DNA from: Gammaproteobacteria bacterium
GTDB taxonomy: Bacteria > Pseudomonadota > Gammaproteobacteria > Eutrophobiales > Eutrophobiaceae
DNA: 64,000 nt
Assembly: GCA_965205405.1 (NCBI GenBank)
Contig: OZ242169.1
Location: forward strand, 2,381,826 to 2,445,825
Direction of reading: 5' to 3'
Shown here: one piece after another, positions 9,508 to 19,705 of the stretch
Numbering within the stretch: the first letter of the stretch is position 1
How the letters are laid out: each line of letters begins with the position of its first letter
Notes under the pieces: model-generated
What the model was told of the DNA's origin: nothing
Database searches by the model: none
Seen by the model: the letters and a program-made list of their open reading frames with translations, nothing else
Made by a program: the position numbers and the translations under genes

Positions 9508-11970
9508 ATGAAAACGCACGCGCGTGTGGTTGTTATCGGAGGCGGTGTCGTCGGTGTCAGCACCCTGTATCACCTTGCCTTGAAAGGCTGGGGGGAAGAC
9601 GTGGTGCTGGTGGAAAAAGCGGAACTGACCTCCGGCTCTACCTGGCATGCCGCCGGCCTGTTGCCCCTGTTCAACATGAGTTACAGCGTCGGCCAGATTC
9701 ATAAATATTCGGTGAATCTTTACCAGCAACTGGAAGCTGAAACAGGACAACCGGTAGGTTTCAAGCAGGTCGGCAACCTGCGCCTCGCCATGAACCGGGA
9801 GCGTATGGACGAATACTATCAATACGCGGCCACTGCCCGCACCATCGGCGTCAATGTTGAATTCCTGTCACCGGATCAAGTGGGAGAGATCTGGCCCCCG
9901 TGTAATACGGATGGGCTGGTCGGCGCGCTGTTCCATCCCGAAGACGGTTATATCCAGCCGGCTGACCTGACCCAGGCCCTGGCAAAGGGCGCCCGGGCGC
10001 GGGGTGCGGTGGTTTATCGCAATACCCTGGTCGAAGGTATTGAACGCAGCGCTACGGGTGAGTGGCGGGTCAGGACCAGCAAGGGCGATATTACCTGTGA
10101 ACACGTTGTCTCTGCGACCGGCAACTATGCTCGCCGGACTGGCGCCATGGTCGGTCTCGACATTCCGGTAATGCCGGTTGAACATCAATATATCGTGACG
10201 GAATCCCACCCCGACCTGGTTGCCCGGGCCGGGCAGGGCTTGCCCGAAATGGCCGTCTTGCGTGAATCCGACGGCTCCTGGTACCTGCGCGAAGAAAACC
10301 AGGGTTTCATCCTGGGACCCTATGAAAAGGGCGCGCCCTGCTGTTACATCGACGGCCCCGACGAGACCGCCGAGTATGAATTGTTCCAGGAAGATATAGA
10401 ACGCCTGGAGCCTCATATTGAGGCTGTCATGAACCGGGTGCCGGCCTTTGCCGAATGCGGCATCAAGCAGGTTTACAACGGCGCCATCGCCTATACCCCG
10501 GACGGCAACCCCATCGTCGGTCCCGCCTGGGGCCTGAGAAACTTCTGGCTCAATGAAGGGCACAGCTTCGGCATTACCGCGGCGGGTGGCGCCGGACGGC
10601 AACTGGCGGAGTGGATTGTCGAGGGTGAACCGGGCATCGATATGCTGGGGGTAGAGTCGCGCCGTTTCGGTGATTACGCCGACAAGGATTATTTGATCAA
10701 AAAGAATGAAGAAGCCTATTCCCACGTGTTCATCATCCATTACCCCGATGAGGAGCGGCCGGCGGCCCGCCCGCTGAAGACTGCGCCCTGTTATGGACGC
10801 CTGATGGAAATGGGGGCAGTATTCGGCCAGAAATTCGGTTGGGAGCGGGCCAACTGGTTTGCCGTGGACGGCATGCTACGGCAGGATGACTGGTCGTTTC
10901 GCAGGTCGCGCTGGTTTGAAGCCATTGGAAAAGAGGCGCTGCACGTGAACCGGAGAGTAGGGCTGCTGGATATGACGCCATTTGCGAAGTGCCGGCTATC
11001 CGGACCGGGCGCCGAGGCGTTTCTGGATTTCATGGTCGCCAACCGGCTGCCCGCAAAGACAGGGCGGATCCGTCTTTGCCACTCACTCAACCAACGCGGC
11101 GGCGTCCATTCGGAATTTACCATCACCCGCGAGGCGGAAGATTCGTTCTACCTGGTATCGGCTGCCGCCTGGCAAAGACTGGATCACGATTATCTCAGCA
11201 AGTTCATGCCTGCTGACGGTTCGGTAAACTACGAGCACCTGACCGACAGCATGGGCGTATTCGTCATAGCCGGACCCCTTGCCCGCAAACTGCTGCAACG
11301 TGTATCAGTTAATGATTTTTCCAATGAGGCATTTCCGTTTCTGGCCGCCCGGCAGGTTGATATGGCCGGGATGCCGGTGCATGCCCTGCGGGTGAATTAC
11401 GTGGGAGAACTGGGCTGGGAACTGCATCACCCCATCAACCGGCAGAACGCGCTGTTCGATGCCCTGTTTAAAGCCGGTGAAGACCTGGGTTTGCAGCCAT
11501 TCGGCATCCGCGCCATGGATTCGCTGCGCTTGGAGAAATCCTATCGGATGGTGGGTACGGAATTATCCATCGAATACAGCGCCTATGAATCAGGAATGGA
11601 TCGTTTCGTATATCCGGATAAGGGGGAATTCCTGGGCCGGGAAGCACTGCTGGCGGGCAGGGAACGCGGTGTCAACTACAGGCTCGTCACCCTGGAAGTC
11701 CTGGATCCTGATGATGCCGATGCACTGGGAAACAATGCGTTAACCAGGGACGGCGAACTGATCGGGCGCGCTACTGGTGGCGGTTTCGGTTTTCGCGTCG
11801 ATAAATCCCTGGCGCTGGGCATGGTTAAGCCGGAATACGCCGTAACGGGCACTGAAATGGAGATCGATATACTTAACAAGAATTACCGGGCAGTCGTGAT
11901 ACCGGACAGCCCGTTCGACCCCGGCAACGAGCGCTTGCTGGACATCAATGACGCAAATGAAGTCGATTAG
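9508..11970 (+). CDS. Dimethylglycine/sarcosine dehydrogenase-family flavoprotein (FAD DAO domain plus GcvT-like folate-binding C-terminus), paralog 1
   Basis: VVVIGGGVVGVSTLYHLA...TSGSTWHAAGLL, 820 aa, C-terminal aminomethyltransferase-like domain. Confidence 0.85.
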   Translation: MKTHARVVVIGGGVVGVSTLYHLALKGWGEDVVLVEKAELTSGSTWHAAGLLPLFNMSYSVGQIHKYSVNLYQQLEAETGQPVGFKQVGNLRLAMNRERMDEYYQYAATARTIGVNVEFLSPDQVGEIWPPCNTDGLVGALFHPEDGYIQPADLTQALAKGARARGAVVYRNTLVEGIERSATGEWRVRTSKGDITCEHVVSATGNYARRTGAMVGLDIPVMPVEHQYIVTESHPDLVARAGQGLPEMAVLRESDGSWYLREENQGFILGPYEKGAPCCYIDGPDETAEYELFQEDIERLEPHIEAVMNRVPAFAECGIKQVYNGAIAYTPDGNPIVGPAWGLRNFWLNEGHSFGITAAGGAGRQLAEWIVEGEPGIDMLGVESRRFGDYADKDYLIKKNEEAYSHVFIIHYPDEERPAARPLKTAPCYGRLMEMGAVFGQKFGWERANWFAVDGMLRQDDWSFRRSRWFEAIGKEALHVNRRVGLLDMTPFAKCRLSGPGAEAFLDFMVANRLPAKTGRIRLCHSLNQRGGVHSEFTITREAEDSFYLVSAAAWQRLDHDYLSKFMPADGSVNYEHLTDSMGVFVIAGPLARKLLQRVSVNDFSNEAFPFLAARQVDMAGMPVHALRVNYVGELGWELHHPINRQNALFDALFKAGEDLGLQPFGIRAMDSLRLEKSYRMVGTELSIEYSAYESGMDRFVYPDKGEFLGREALLAGRERGVNYRLVTLEVLDPDDADALGNNALTRDGELIGRATGGGFGFRVDKSLALGMVKPEYAVTGTEMEIDILNKNYRAVVIPDSPFDPGNERLLDINDANEVD

Positions 11971-11982
11971 GTTTCTCACGCA

Positions 11983-13239
11983 ATGACCAGGCAGAAATAC
12001 TCCATCTTCTCCCTGTTACGCAATGCCGTCTCTTATAATGAAAACTGGCAACAGGCCTGGCGCAGTCCCGCCCCGCGCAAGAAGTACGACGTGCTCATCA
12101 TCGGCGGTGGCGGCCACGGTCTGGCTACCGCCTACTACCTGGCAAAAGATCACGGGATGCGCAACATTGCCGTGCTGGAGAAAGGCTGGATCGGCGGCGG
12201 CAATACGGGACGCAATACCACTATCGTGCGCTCCAACTACCTGTGGACCGAAGCCGCGCTGCTCTACGAGAAGTCGCTGAAGCTGTGGGAGGGGTTAAGC
12301 CGGGACCTGAATTACAATGTCATGTTCAGCCAGCGCGGCGTCTATAACCTGGGACACAGCCTGCAGGACTTGCGTGATATCGAACGGCGGGTCAGCGCCA
12401 ATCGCCTGGATGGCATCGATGCCGAGGTAGTCACGCCTGCGCAGATCAAGGCCGCCATCCCCATGATCAATATCTCTCCCGGGGTGCGTTATCCAATCCT
12501 GGGGGCCTCGTTACAACGCCGGGGCGGGGTCGCCCGCCATGACGCGGTGGCCTGGGGTTTTGCGCGCGCGGCCGACGCCCTGGGCGTCGATATCATCCAG
12601 CAATGCGAAGTGACCGGAGTGAATCGTGACGGCGGCAGGGTAACCGGCGTTGAGACAAGCCGCGGCCGCATAGAGGCAGACCGGATTGGTGTGGTTGTCG
12701 CCGGCCATGCCAGCGTCCTGGCGGAAATGGCGGGGTTGCGCCTGCCGCTGGAGAGCCACCCGTTGCAGGCCTACGTTTCGGAACCCCTGAAGCCGGTCCT
12801 GGATACCGTCGTCATGTCCGGGGCCGTACACGGTTATATCAGTCAATCTGACAAGGGTGAACTGGTCATCGGCGCCGGTATCGACGCTTATATCGGTTAC
12901 GGCCAGCGCGGCAGTTTCCGGACTATCGAACATGCCATGCAGGCCATTATTGAACTGTTTCCCGCCTTCAGCCGGGTGCGCATGTTGCGTCATTGGGGCG
13001 GGATCGTTGATGTCTCGCCCGACGCCTGCCCAATCATCGGCAAGACCCCCGTACAGGGCCTCTATTTCAACTGCGGTTGGGGTACCGGAGGGTTCAAGGC
13101 CACTCCCGGTTCCGGCTGGGCCTTCGCCCATTCCATCGCCCGGGACCAGCCCCATGAACTGAATGCGCCGTTCAGCCTGGAACGTTTTATAACCGGTGCG
13201 CTCATCGACGAACACGGCGCTGCTGCGGTCGCACACTGA
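11983..13239 (+). CDS. soxB: Sarcosine oxidase beta subunit
   Basis: [21 protein letters not shown]...[22 protein letters not shown]. Length 418 aa. Confidence 0.9.
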   Translation: MTRQKYSIFSLLRNAVSYNENWQQAWRSPAPRKKYDVLIIGGGGHGLATAYYLAKDHGMRNIAVLEKGWIGGGNTGRNTTIVRSNYLWTEAALLYEKSLKLWEGLSRDLNYNVMFSQRGVYNLGHSLQDLRDIERRVSANRLDGIDAEVVTPAQIKAAIPMINISPGVRYPILGASLQRRGGVARHDAVAWGFARAADALGVDIIQQCEVTGVNRDGGRVTGVETSRGRIEADRIGVVVAGHASVLAEMAGLRLPLESHPLQAYVSEPLKPVLDTVVMSGAVHGYISQSDKGELVIGAGIDAYIGYGQRGSFRTIEHAMQAIIELFPAFSRVRMLRHWGGIVDVSPDACPIIGKTPVQGLYFNCGWGTGGFKATPGSGWAFAHSIARDQPHELNAPFSLERFITGALIDEHGAAAVAH

Positions 13240-13252
13240 GCGGAACAGGAAC

Positions 13253-13501
13253 ATGCTGCTGATAAAATGCCCCTGGTGCGGCGCACGCGACGAGAGCGAA
13301 TTCAGCTACGGCGGCGAAGCCGATATCACCCGGCCGGCCGAACCGGATGCCCTGACCGATGAGGAATGGGCGGATTACCTGTTCATGCGCAGCAATACCA
13401 AGGGCTTGCACCGGGAACAATGGCTGCATGAGCAGGGCTGCCGGCGCTGGTTCGTACTGGAAAGGAATACCGTCAGCTATCAGGTTACAGGTGACAGGTA
13501 A
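13253..13501 (+). CDS. soxD: Sarcosine oxidase delta subunit
   Basis: MLLIKCPWCGARDESEF... Small (~82 aa) and positioned between soxB and soxA. Confidence 0.8.
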   Translation: MLLIKCPWCGARDESEFSYGGEADITRPAEPDALTDEEWADYLFMRSNTKGLHREQWLHEQGCRRWFVLERNTVSYQVTGDR

Positions 13502-13518
13502 CAAATTGCAGAGGATAG

Positions 13519-16500
13519 ATGACAGGGAATCCAGATATGCAGCCCTATCGACTTGCTGAAGGCGGACGTATCGACCGTTCACGACCCCTGACGTTCAGTT
13601 TTAACGGCCGTACCTTGCTTGGCTATGCCGGTGATACCCTGGCCTCCGCGTTACTGGCTAACGGGATCCGGATTATCGGCCGCAGTTTCAAATACCATCG
13701 TCCGCGGGGCATCATGGGCATAGGCGTGGAAGAACCCAACGCCATAGTCCAGCTGGGCGCAGGCGCTGACACCATACCCGGACTGCGCGCCACTGAAGTG
13801 GAGTTATACGACGGTCTGGCCGCAGCCACGACCAGGGGTTGGCCCTGTCTCAATTTTGATTTGCTGGCGCTCAATGATTTCTGCGCACGTTTGCTGGGGG
13901 CGGGATTTTACTACAAGACCTTCATGGCGCCGCGTTTCCTGTGGCGCTTGTATGAACACTATCTGCGGCGCGCCTCCGGTCTGGGTGTCTCGCCACAGTT
14001 GCCGGACCCGGACAGTTATGAATATGTCAACGCCCATTGTGACGTCCTGGTGGCGGGGGGCGGGCCGGCAGGACTGATGGCGGCGTTGGCGGCAGCCAAA
14101 TGCGGCGCCAGAGTCATCATAGCGGATGAACAGAGCGAGTTCGGCGGCAGCCTGTTATATGACACGGCCAGGCTGAACGGCAATTCTGCTGCGGAATGGC
14201 TGCACAAGGTGTTGCAGGAGCTGGCACAATGCCCCGAAGTCGTACTCCTGTCCCGCAGCACGGTGTTCGGTTATTACGACCATAATTTCCTGACTATCCT
14301 GGAACGTTGCAGCGATAACCCGGGAGCACAGGGCGCAGAAGGGGTCCGCCAACGCGTATGGCGGGTGCGGGCTAAGCGGGTCATCCTTGCCCAGGGCAGC
14401 CATGAACGACCTCTGGTCTTTCCGAACAATGATCGTCCGGGTGTGATGCTGGCTTCGGCGGTATCCGGCTATATTCGCCGCTACGGGGTGTGTCCGGGCC
14501 GGAGCGGCGTGATCTTCACCAATAATGACGCAGGCTATCAGACGGCTCTGGACCTGGTATCGGCAGGGGCGACCGTTGTTGCGGTCGTTGATTGTCGCGC
14601 AGGGGGCGCCGGCGCCATTGCCGAATCACTGCGCCAGGCCGGTGTTGGCATATTCGAAGGGTGTGTCATCACCAACGTGACAGGCAGAAAGAAGGTGCAT
14701 TCAGTCCATGTTGCGCGGTTGTCGGCGGACGGCAGGAGCCTGACCGGTGCGCCCAAAACCCTTGGCTGTGACCTGGTTGCCATGTCCGGCGGTTGGAATC
14801 CCGCCGTCCATTTGCATTCTCAGGCGGGAGGCAAAATTGTCTGGGATGAAATCCGCAACTGCTTTATCCCCGGTGAGTCACGGCAGGATAATGTATCGGT
14901 GGGGGCAGGCAACGGCTGTTTTTCCCTTGATGACTGTCTGGAACAGGGGACGCAGGCGGGAGTGAACGCAGCGCATGAGTGCGGGTTCGAGCCGCTGCCG
15001 TTTTCTGTCCCGGATGTTAACCAGAGGGTAGATGGGGGGACAAGACCGATGCAGCCTTTATGGCGGGTTCCCTTGCCGCAATCTCCGGGGCGTTGTCCGA
15101 AACAATTTGTTGACTACCAGAACGATACGACCGTGGCAGACGTGTACCAGGCTGTGAGTGAGGGTTTTCAGAGCGTGGAGCACGTCAAACGTTATACCGC
15201 GCTGGGGTTTGGCACCGACCAGGGCAAGCTGGGAAACATTAACGGTATGGCGGTGCTGGCGGAGTCCCTGGACAAGCCCATTGCCGAAGTCGGCACGACC
15301 ACCTTCAGGCCGCCTTACACGGCTGTAGCCTTCGGTGCCTGCGCCGGCGCCGACGTGGGGGCGCTCTATGAACCGGTACGCAAGACCGCGCTGCATGACT
15401 GGCATGAAGCAGCCGGCGCTGAATTTGAGGTGGTGGGGCAATGGTTGCGCCCCTGGTATTTCCCCAGAGAGGGAGAAGATCTGCATGGTGCAGTAGCCCG
15501 TGAGTGCCGCGCCGCCCGCGCATCGCTGGCAATCATGGACGCCTCGACCCTGGGCAAGATAGAGGTGCAGGGGCCGGATGCGGTAACCTTCCTGGAGCGT
15601 GTCTATACCCACAACGTTGCCGGGATGAAAATTGGACGTTGCGCCTACGGCATCATGCTGGGCGAAGATGGCATGGTTATGGATGACGGGGTCATGGCCC
15701 GTCTGGGTGAGCAACATTTTTATCTGACCACTACCACCGGCGGCGCAGCCCGGGTGCTGGGTTGGCTGGAACTGTGGTTGCAAACCGAATGGCCGGATTT
15801 AAACGTGTACCTGACGTCGGTTACCGAACGCTGGTCCACCCTTGCCCTGGTCGGCCCCGACAGCAGGAAGTTGTTGCAAAGCATGGAGAGTGATATCAGT
15901 TTCGACCAAGTCGACTTTCCCTTCATGTCAGTGTGCTCCGGCTCACTCGCAGGGTTTGCCGTTCAGGTATTCCGGGTGAGCTTCAGCGGTGAACTCGCCT
16001 TTGAAATCAACGTGGAAAGCGACTTTGCCCCGGCTCTGTGGGATACCCTGATGGAAGCCGGTAAGCGGTACGGCATTACCCCTTACGGTACCGAGACCAT
16101 GCATGTGCTGCGCGCCGAGAAAGGCTTTGTCATCGTCGGCCAGGATACCGACGGCTCCGTATCGCCGCTGGACCTGGGACTGCACTGGCTCCTGTCCAAA
16201 GACAAGGACTACCTGGGCAAACGTTCCCTGGCGCGGCCCGACTGTCAACGGACGGATCGCAAACAACTGGTGGGTTTGTTATGTGAGAAAAAGGTGGATG
16301 TGTTCCCGAATACTTCCCGCTCGTCATTCCGGCGAATGCCGGAATCCAGTCATACCCTACACGAGGCAGAAGTATTGCCGGAAGGTACGCAACTCGTGGA
16401 ACAACCCGGCGGCGACCCGCCAATCACCAAACTGGGCCATGTCACTTCCAGTTACTACAGCGCTTGCCTTGGCTATCCAATAGCCCTGGCATTGGTCAGC

Positions 16501-16623
16501 GCCGGGCGCGCCCGCAAGGGCGACGTCATCCATGCTGCGTTGCGCGACGGACAATATACCAGGGTCAGGATCGTCTCTCCCGTATTCTACGACCCGAAAG
16601 GAGAGCGGCAGCATGCCTCATAG
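13519..16623 (+). CDS. soxA: Sarcosine oxidase alpha subunit
   Basis: 1034 aa. N-terminal 2Fe-2S-like/FAD region and C-terminal GcvT-like domain. Canonical soxBDAG order. Confidence 0.9.
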   Translation: MTGNPDMQPYRLAEGGRIDRSRPLTFSFNGRTLLGYAGDTLASALLANGIRIIGRSFKYHRPRGIMGIGVEEPNAIVQLGAGADTIPGLRATEVELYDGLAAATTRGWPCLNFDLLALNDFCARLLGAGFYYKTFMAPRFLWRLYEHYLRRASGLGVSPQLPDPDSYEYVNAHCDVLVAGGGPAGLMAALAAAKCGARVIIADEQSEFGGSLLYDTARLNGNSAAEWLHKVLQELAQCPEVVLLSRSTVFGYYDHNFLTILERCSDNPGAQGAEGVRQRVWRVRAKRVILAQGSHERPLVFPNNDRPGVMLASAVSGYIRRYGVCPGRSGVIFTNNDAGYQTALDLVSAGATVVAVVDCRAGGAGAIAESLRQAGVGIFEGCVITNVTGRKKVHSVHVARLSADGRSLTGAPKTLGCDLVAMSGGWNPAVHLHSQAGGKIVWDEIRNCFIPGESRQDNVSVGAGNGCFSLDDCLEQGTQAGVNAAHECGFEPLPFSVPDVNQRVDGGTRPMQPLWRVPLPQSPGRCPKQFVDYQNDTTVADVYQAVSEGFQSVEHVKRYTALGFGTDQGKLGNINGMAVLAESLDKPIAEVGTTTFRPPYTAVAFGACAGADVGALYEPVRKTALHDWHEAAGAEFEVVGQWLRPWYFPREGEDLHGAVARECRAARASLAIMDASTLGKIEVQGPDAVTFLERVYTHNVAGMKIGRCAYGIMLGEDGMVMDDGVMARLGEQHFYLTTTTGGAARVLGWLELWLQTEWPDLNVYLTSVTERWSTLALVGPDSRKLLQSMESDISFDQVDFPFMSVCSGSLAGFAVQVFRVSFSGELAFEINVESDFAPALWDTLMEAGKRYGITPYGTETMHVLRAEKGFVIVGQDTDGSVSPLDLGLHWLLSKDKDYLGKRSLARPDCQRTDRKQLVGLLCEKKVDVFPNTSRSSFRRMPESSHTLHEAEVLPEGTQLVEQPGGDPPITKLGHVTSSYYSACLGYPIALALVSAGRARKGDVIHAALRDGQYTRVRIVSPVFYDPKGERQHAS

Positions 16624-17200
16624 ACCGCAAAGACGGCACGCCCTGACCTGTTTCCTCAATGGGAAGAATGCGTCCGGTCCGGATCACTCAGGCGTGCAAC
16701 TGGAAGTACGACCCGGTCACGGTTATCTCAACCTGCGCGGCGACCCCGGCGATGAACAGTTCCTGCAGGCGGTGCAGGCAACGCTCGGACAACCTCTGCC
16801 CACCATTGCCAATACGTTTACGGCCGGAGAAAATACACAATTCCGGTTGGGTCCCGATGAGTGGTTGCTGGCTACGGAACCTGGTAAGGAAAGAGACATT
16901 GCCGAACAGCTTGGGGAAATCCTGTCAGGTCAATGCTACTCCCTGGTCGATGTGACCGGCGGACAGGTTTTACTCCGCCTGCGCGGCAGTCATGTCCGGG
17001 AGGTACTGGCTAAAGGCTGTACCCTGGACCTGCATCCGCGCGCATTCAAAATGGGCCAATGCGCACAGACCACCCTGGCAAAAACGTCCATGCTGATCGC
17101 CCTGATCGATGACGCGCCGACCTTCGATATCATCGTCCGCCGCAGTTTCGCCGAATATGCGGCGCTGTGGCTGCAACACAGCAGCGCCAGGGCGGGATGA
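16613..17200 (+). CDS. soxG: Sarcosine oxidase gamma subunit
   Basis: ATG at 16613 behind an AAAGGAGAG ribosome-binding site, overlapping the soxA stop. About 195 aa. Confidence 0.75.
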   Translation: MPHRPQRRHALTCFLNGKNASGPDHSGVQLEVRPGHGYLNLRGDPGDEQFLQAVQATLGQPLPTIANTFTAGENTQFRLGPDEWLLATEPGKERDIAEQLGEILSGQCYSLVDVTGGQVLLRLRGSHVREVLAKGCTLDLHPRAFKMGQCAQTTLAKTSMLIALIDDAPTFDIIVRRSFAEYAALWLQHSSARAG

Positions 17201-17347
17201 GGAGTAGTTATTACGTTCTGCAAGCCCGCTCGACTACGGTTGTGACTGCCGCATGTATCATTGGATTATTGTTAAAAGCATTGATTTTTTCATATATAAC
17301 ATGTAAGTAGGCAAATTTCATTTAACAATCCAAAAAATAAATTAACA

Positions 17348-18151
17348 ATGAATAGAGTTTTATCTTTACTGCTGTCGGCACTTATGATTTCTAACGCTGT
17401 CACAGCCCAGGACAGATTAAGGTTGGCCACCACCACCAGCACGGAAAATTCGGGTCTGCTGTCCCTGTTGCACCCGCCTTTTGAAGAGCGGCACAACGTC
17501 ATGGTGGACGTGATCGCCGTCGGCACCGGCAAAGCCTTGCGTCTGGCTGAGAACGGCGACGTGGACCTGGTCATGGTCCATGCTCCGGCTGCGGAGCAGG
17601 AGTTCGTAAAGAGTGGATTTGGCGTGGAGCGCCTGCCCGTCATGCACAATGATTTTATCCTGGTCGGTCCCGCTGCAGATCCGGCAGCCGTGAACGCGGC
17701 AAGTTCCCTGGCAGACGCCATGACGCGGCTCGCACAATCCGCTACCGGTTTTATTTCAAGAGGGGATGACTCAGGGACACACAAGAAGGAAATGGCTCTT
17801 TGGCAGGCGGCTCGGCTCAGTCCGGAGGGGGTATGGTACCTGTCTGTCGGACAGGGTATGGGCGCCGTATTGAAAATCGCCGATGACAAGCAGGCGTACA
17901 CACTGACCGACAGAGGGACGTACCTGGCATTTGACGGCAAAATAGAGTTGACTATCGTCTATGAAGGCGCAGCGGAGTTACTTAACCCCTATCACGTTAT
18001 CCTCGTAAACCCCGAAAAACATCTCCATGTCCAAACGGCGCTGGCGCAGAAATACGTGGACTACATTCGGGGAGAGGAGGGGCAGCGTATTATTCGTGAA
18101 TTCAGGATTTCAGGCGAGCAACTCTTCATCCCTGACGTTATTTCTCCGTGA
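17348..18151 (+). CDS. TupA/WtpA-like periplasmic tungstate/molybdate-binding protein (orphan substrate-binding protein)
   Basis: Signal peptide, then TTTSTENSGLL...VIAVGTGKALRLAENGDVDLVMVHAPAAEQEF...SRGDDSGTHKKE, matching the TupA family as recalled. No permease or ATPase is adjacent. Confidence 0.55.
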   Translation: MNRVLSLLLSALMISNAVTAQDRLRLATTTSTENSGLLSLLHPPFEERHNVMVDVIAVGTGKALRLAENGDVDLVMVHAPAAEQEFVKSGFGVERLPVMHNDFILVGPAADPAAVNAASSLADAMTRLAQSATGFISRGDDSGTHKKEMALWQAARLSPEGVWYLSVGQGMGAVLKIADDKQAYTLTDRGTYLAFDGKIELTIVYEGAAELLNPYHVILVNPEKHLHVQTALAQKYVDYIRGEEGQRIIREFRISGEQLFIPDVISP

Positions 18152-18161
18152 GGGTAGCGAA

Positions 18162-19457
18162 TCAGGTACTTTGCTCCTTTTCCGGCGCCAACGGGTCGCC
18201 CAGGTCCGTTTCATCCATCGCCTCGGCCACGATAACCTGCGAGGTCTGCATCATGACCGCCATGCCGTGGGATTGCTCCTCAGCGGTAATTGGCGCGCGC
18301 ACCGACATTCGGTAAAGGGTGAACAGCGCCATGAACAGGTAAACCAATGCCACGAAGTAATACAGGCTGCCGGGACCGAAGAACTTCATCATCTGGGTAC
18401 TGAGTATGGGACCTGATATCCCGCCGATTCCGTTTATGAAAATAATGCAGCCGCTGGCCGACAGGATTTGTTCGTTGCGTACGTGATCGTTGATGTGGGA
18501 CAGGGACACCGAATAAAAACACAGGACCACCCCGCCCACCAGGAACAACAGGCCGGCCAGCAGCCATAGGTTGCCCAGGCGCGCGGCAAACGGCACGAAC
18601 AGGCTTGCGCCGGCAGCCAGGACTGACAATAACAGCAAGGTATGACGGCGTTCCTGGCGATCGGACAACCTGCCGACCGGCAGCAATAACACTAATCCTC
18701 CGAACATCAGGATGCCTACCAGCAAGGCGCTTTCGGCAACGGAAAAACCACTCTGTTTGCCGAATACCGCGGTTAACCACATCACTGCGCCGGAGGTAAG
18801 TCCCTGGACAAAGACACCCATGGCTCCCAGGGGAGTCAGCCTGATCAGCCTGCTCAGCTCAAGGTGCTCCGCGTACGCGATCGCAGGGGCGGAAATATTA
18901 CTCAGCAACATGGGCACAATAGCGATGGACAGCACCACGGAGGCAAGGATAAACAACTCGAAACCCAGGGGGGAGGCCAGGTTTATCAGGAATTGTCCGC
19001 CGGTGAACCCAAGGGTGATAGTGAACATGTAGGCAGCCAGCAGGCGTCCCCGATTGTCGTTGCCGGTGATGGCGTTCAGCCAGCTTTCCGAGACCATGAA
19101 CAGGCCGGACAGACAAAAGCCGGTGAGCATTCGGAACAGGAACCACATCACCGGGTGTATAACGGCAGAGTGCAACAGGATAGCTACGGACGCTATCGAG
19201 GCCAGCGCGGCAAACACGCGGATATGCCCCACCTGTTTCACCCACCTGGGCACAACACGGGCGCCCAGGAGGAAACCGACGTAATAGGCGGACATGATGA
19301 GTCCGATAGTGTCCACGGCAAAGTCTTCCAGGGATGCCCTGATCCCCAGCAGTGTGCCCTGCATGCCGCTGCACACGGAAATCAATGCAACGCCGAACAA
19401 CAGGCTCCAAACCAGTATAATCTGCGGTTTTTTCATTTGCTGACCTGTATGTTTCAA
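18162..19457 (-). CDS. MFS transporter
   Basis: 431 aa with 12 predicted hydrophobic segments. Confidence 0.8.
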   Translation of the reverse strand: MKHTGQQMKKPQIILVWSLLFGVALISVCSGMQGTLLGIRASLEDFAVDTIGLIMSAYYVGFLLGARVVPRWVKQVGHIRVFAALASIASVAILLHSAVIHPVMWFLFRMLTGFCLSGLFMVSESWLNAITGNDNRGRLLAAYMFTITLGFTGGQFLINLASPLGFELFILASVVLSIAIVPMLLSNISAPAIAYAEHLELSRLIRLTPLGAMGVFVQGLTSGAVMWLTAVFGKQSGFSVAESALLVGILMFGGLVLLLPVGRLSDRQERRHTLLLLSVLAAGASLFVPFAARLGNLWLLAGLLFLVGGVVLCFYSVSLSHINDHVRNEQILSASGCIIFINGIGGISGPILSTQMMKFFGPGSLYYFVALVYLFMALFTLYRMSVRAPITAEEQSHGMAVMMQTSQVIVAEAMDETDLGDPLAPEKEQST

Positions 19458-19705
19458 GAGTGATTGCCCGATTAACCTGCTTCGATAAGTTCAAGGGTGG
19501 TTTCTGTTACCTGTGCACCGGCGAGTGGCGCGATTGTCCGCTAATTTTATAGATAGTCAAGCAAAATCAATGGGTAGCTTTACGGTGTGTTCGGGGTTAT
19601 AGTGTTGCGGGAGAAAAACTCACAACAATCAGATATATAGTGCTCTCCCACAAGCAATACGACAGCCGTTATACGGTCGGTCAGGACAACGTCCGCATCT
19701 TCAGG

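Noticed and set aside
13519-16623. Numerous 60-100-aa ORFs antisense to or overlapping soxA and the DMGDH genes
   Set aside because: These are GC-rich spurious frames with Arg/Pro/Ala-rich low-complexity composition, fully inside well-supported large genes.
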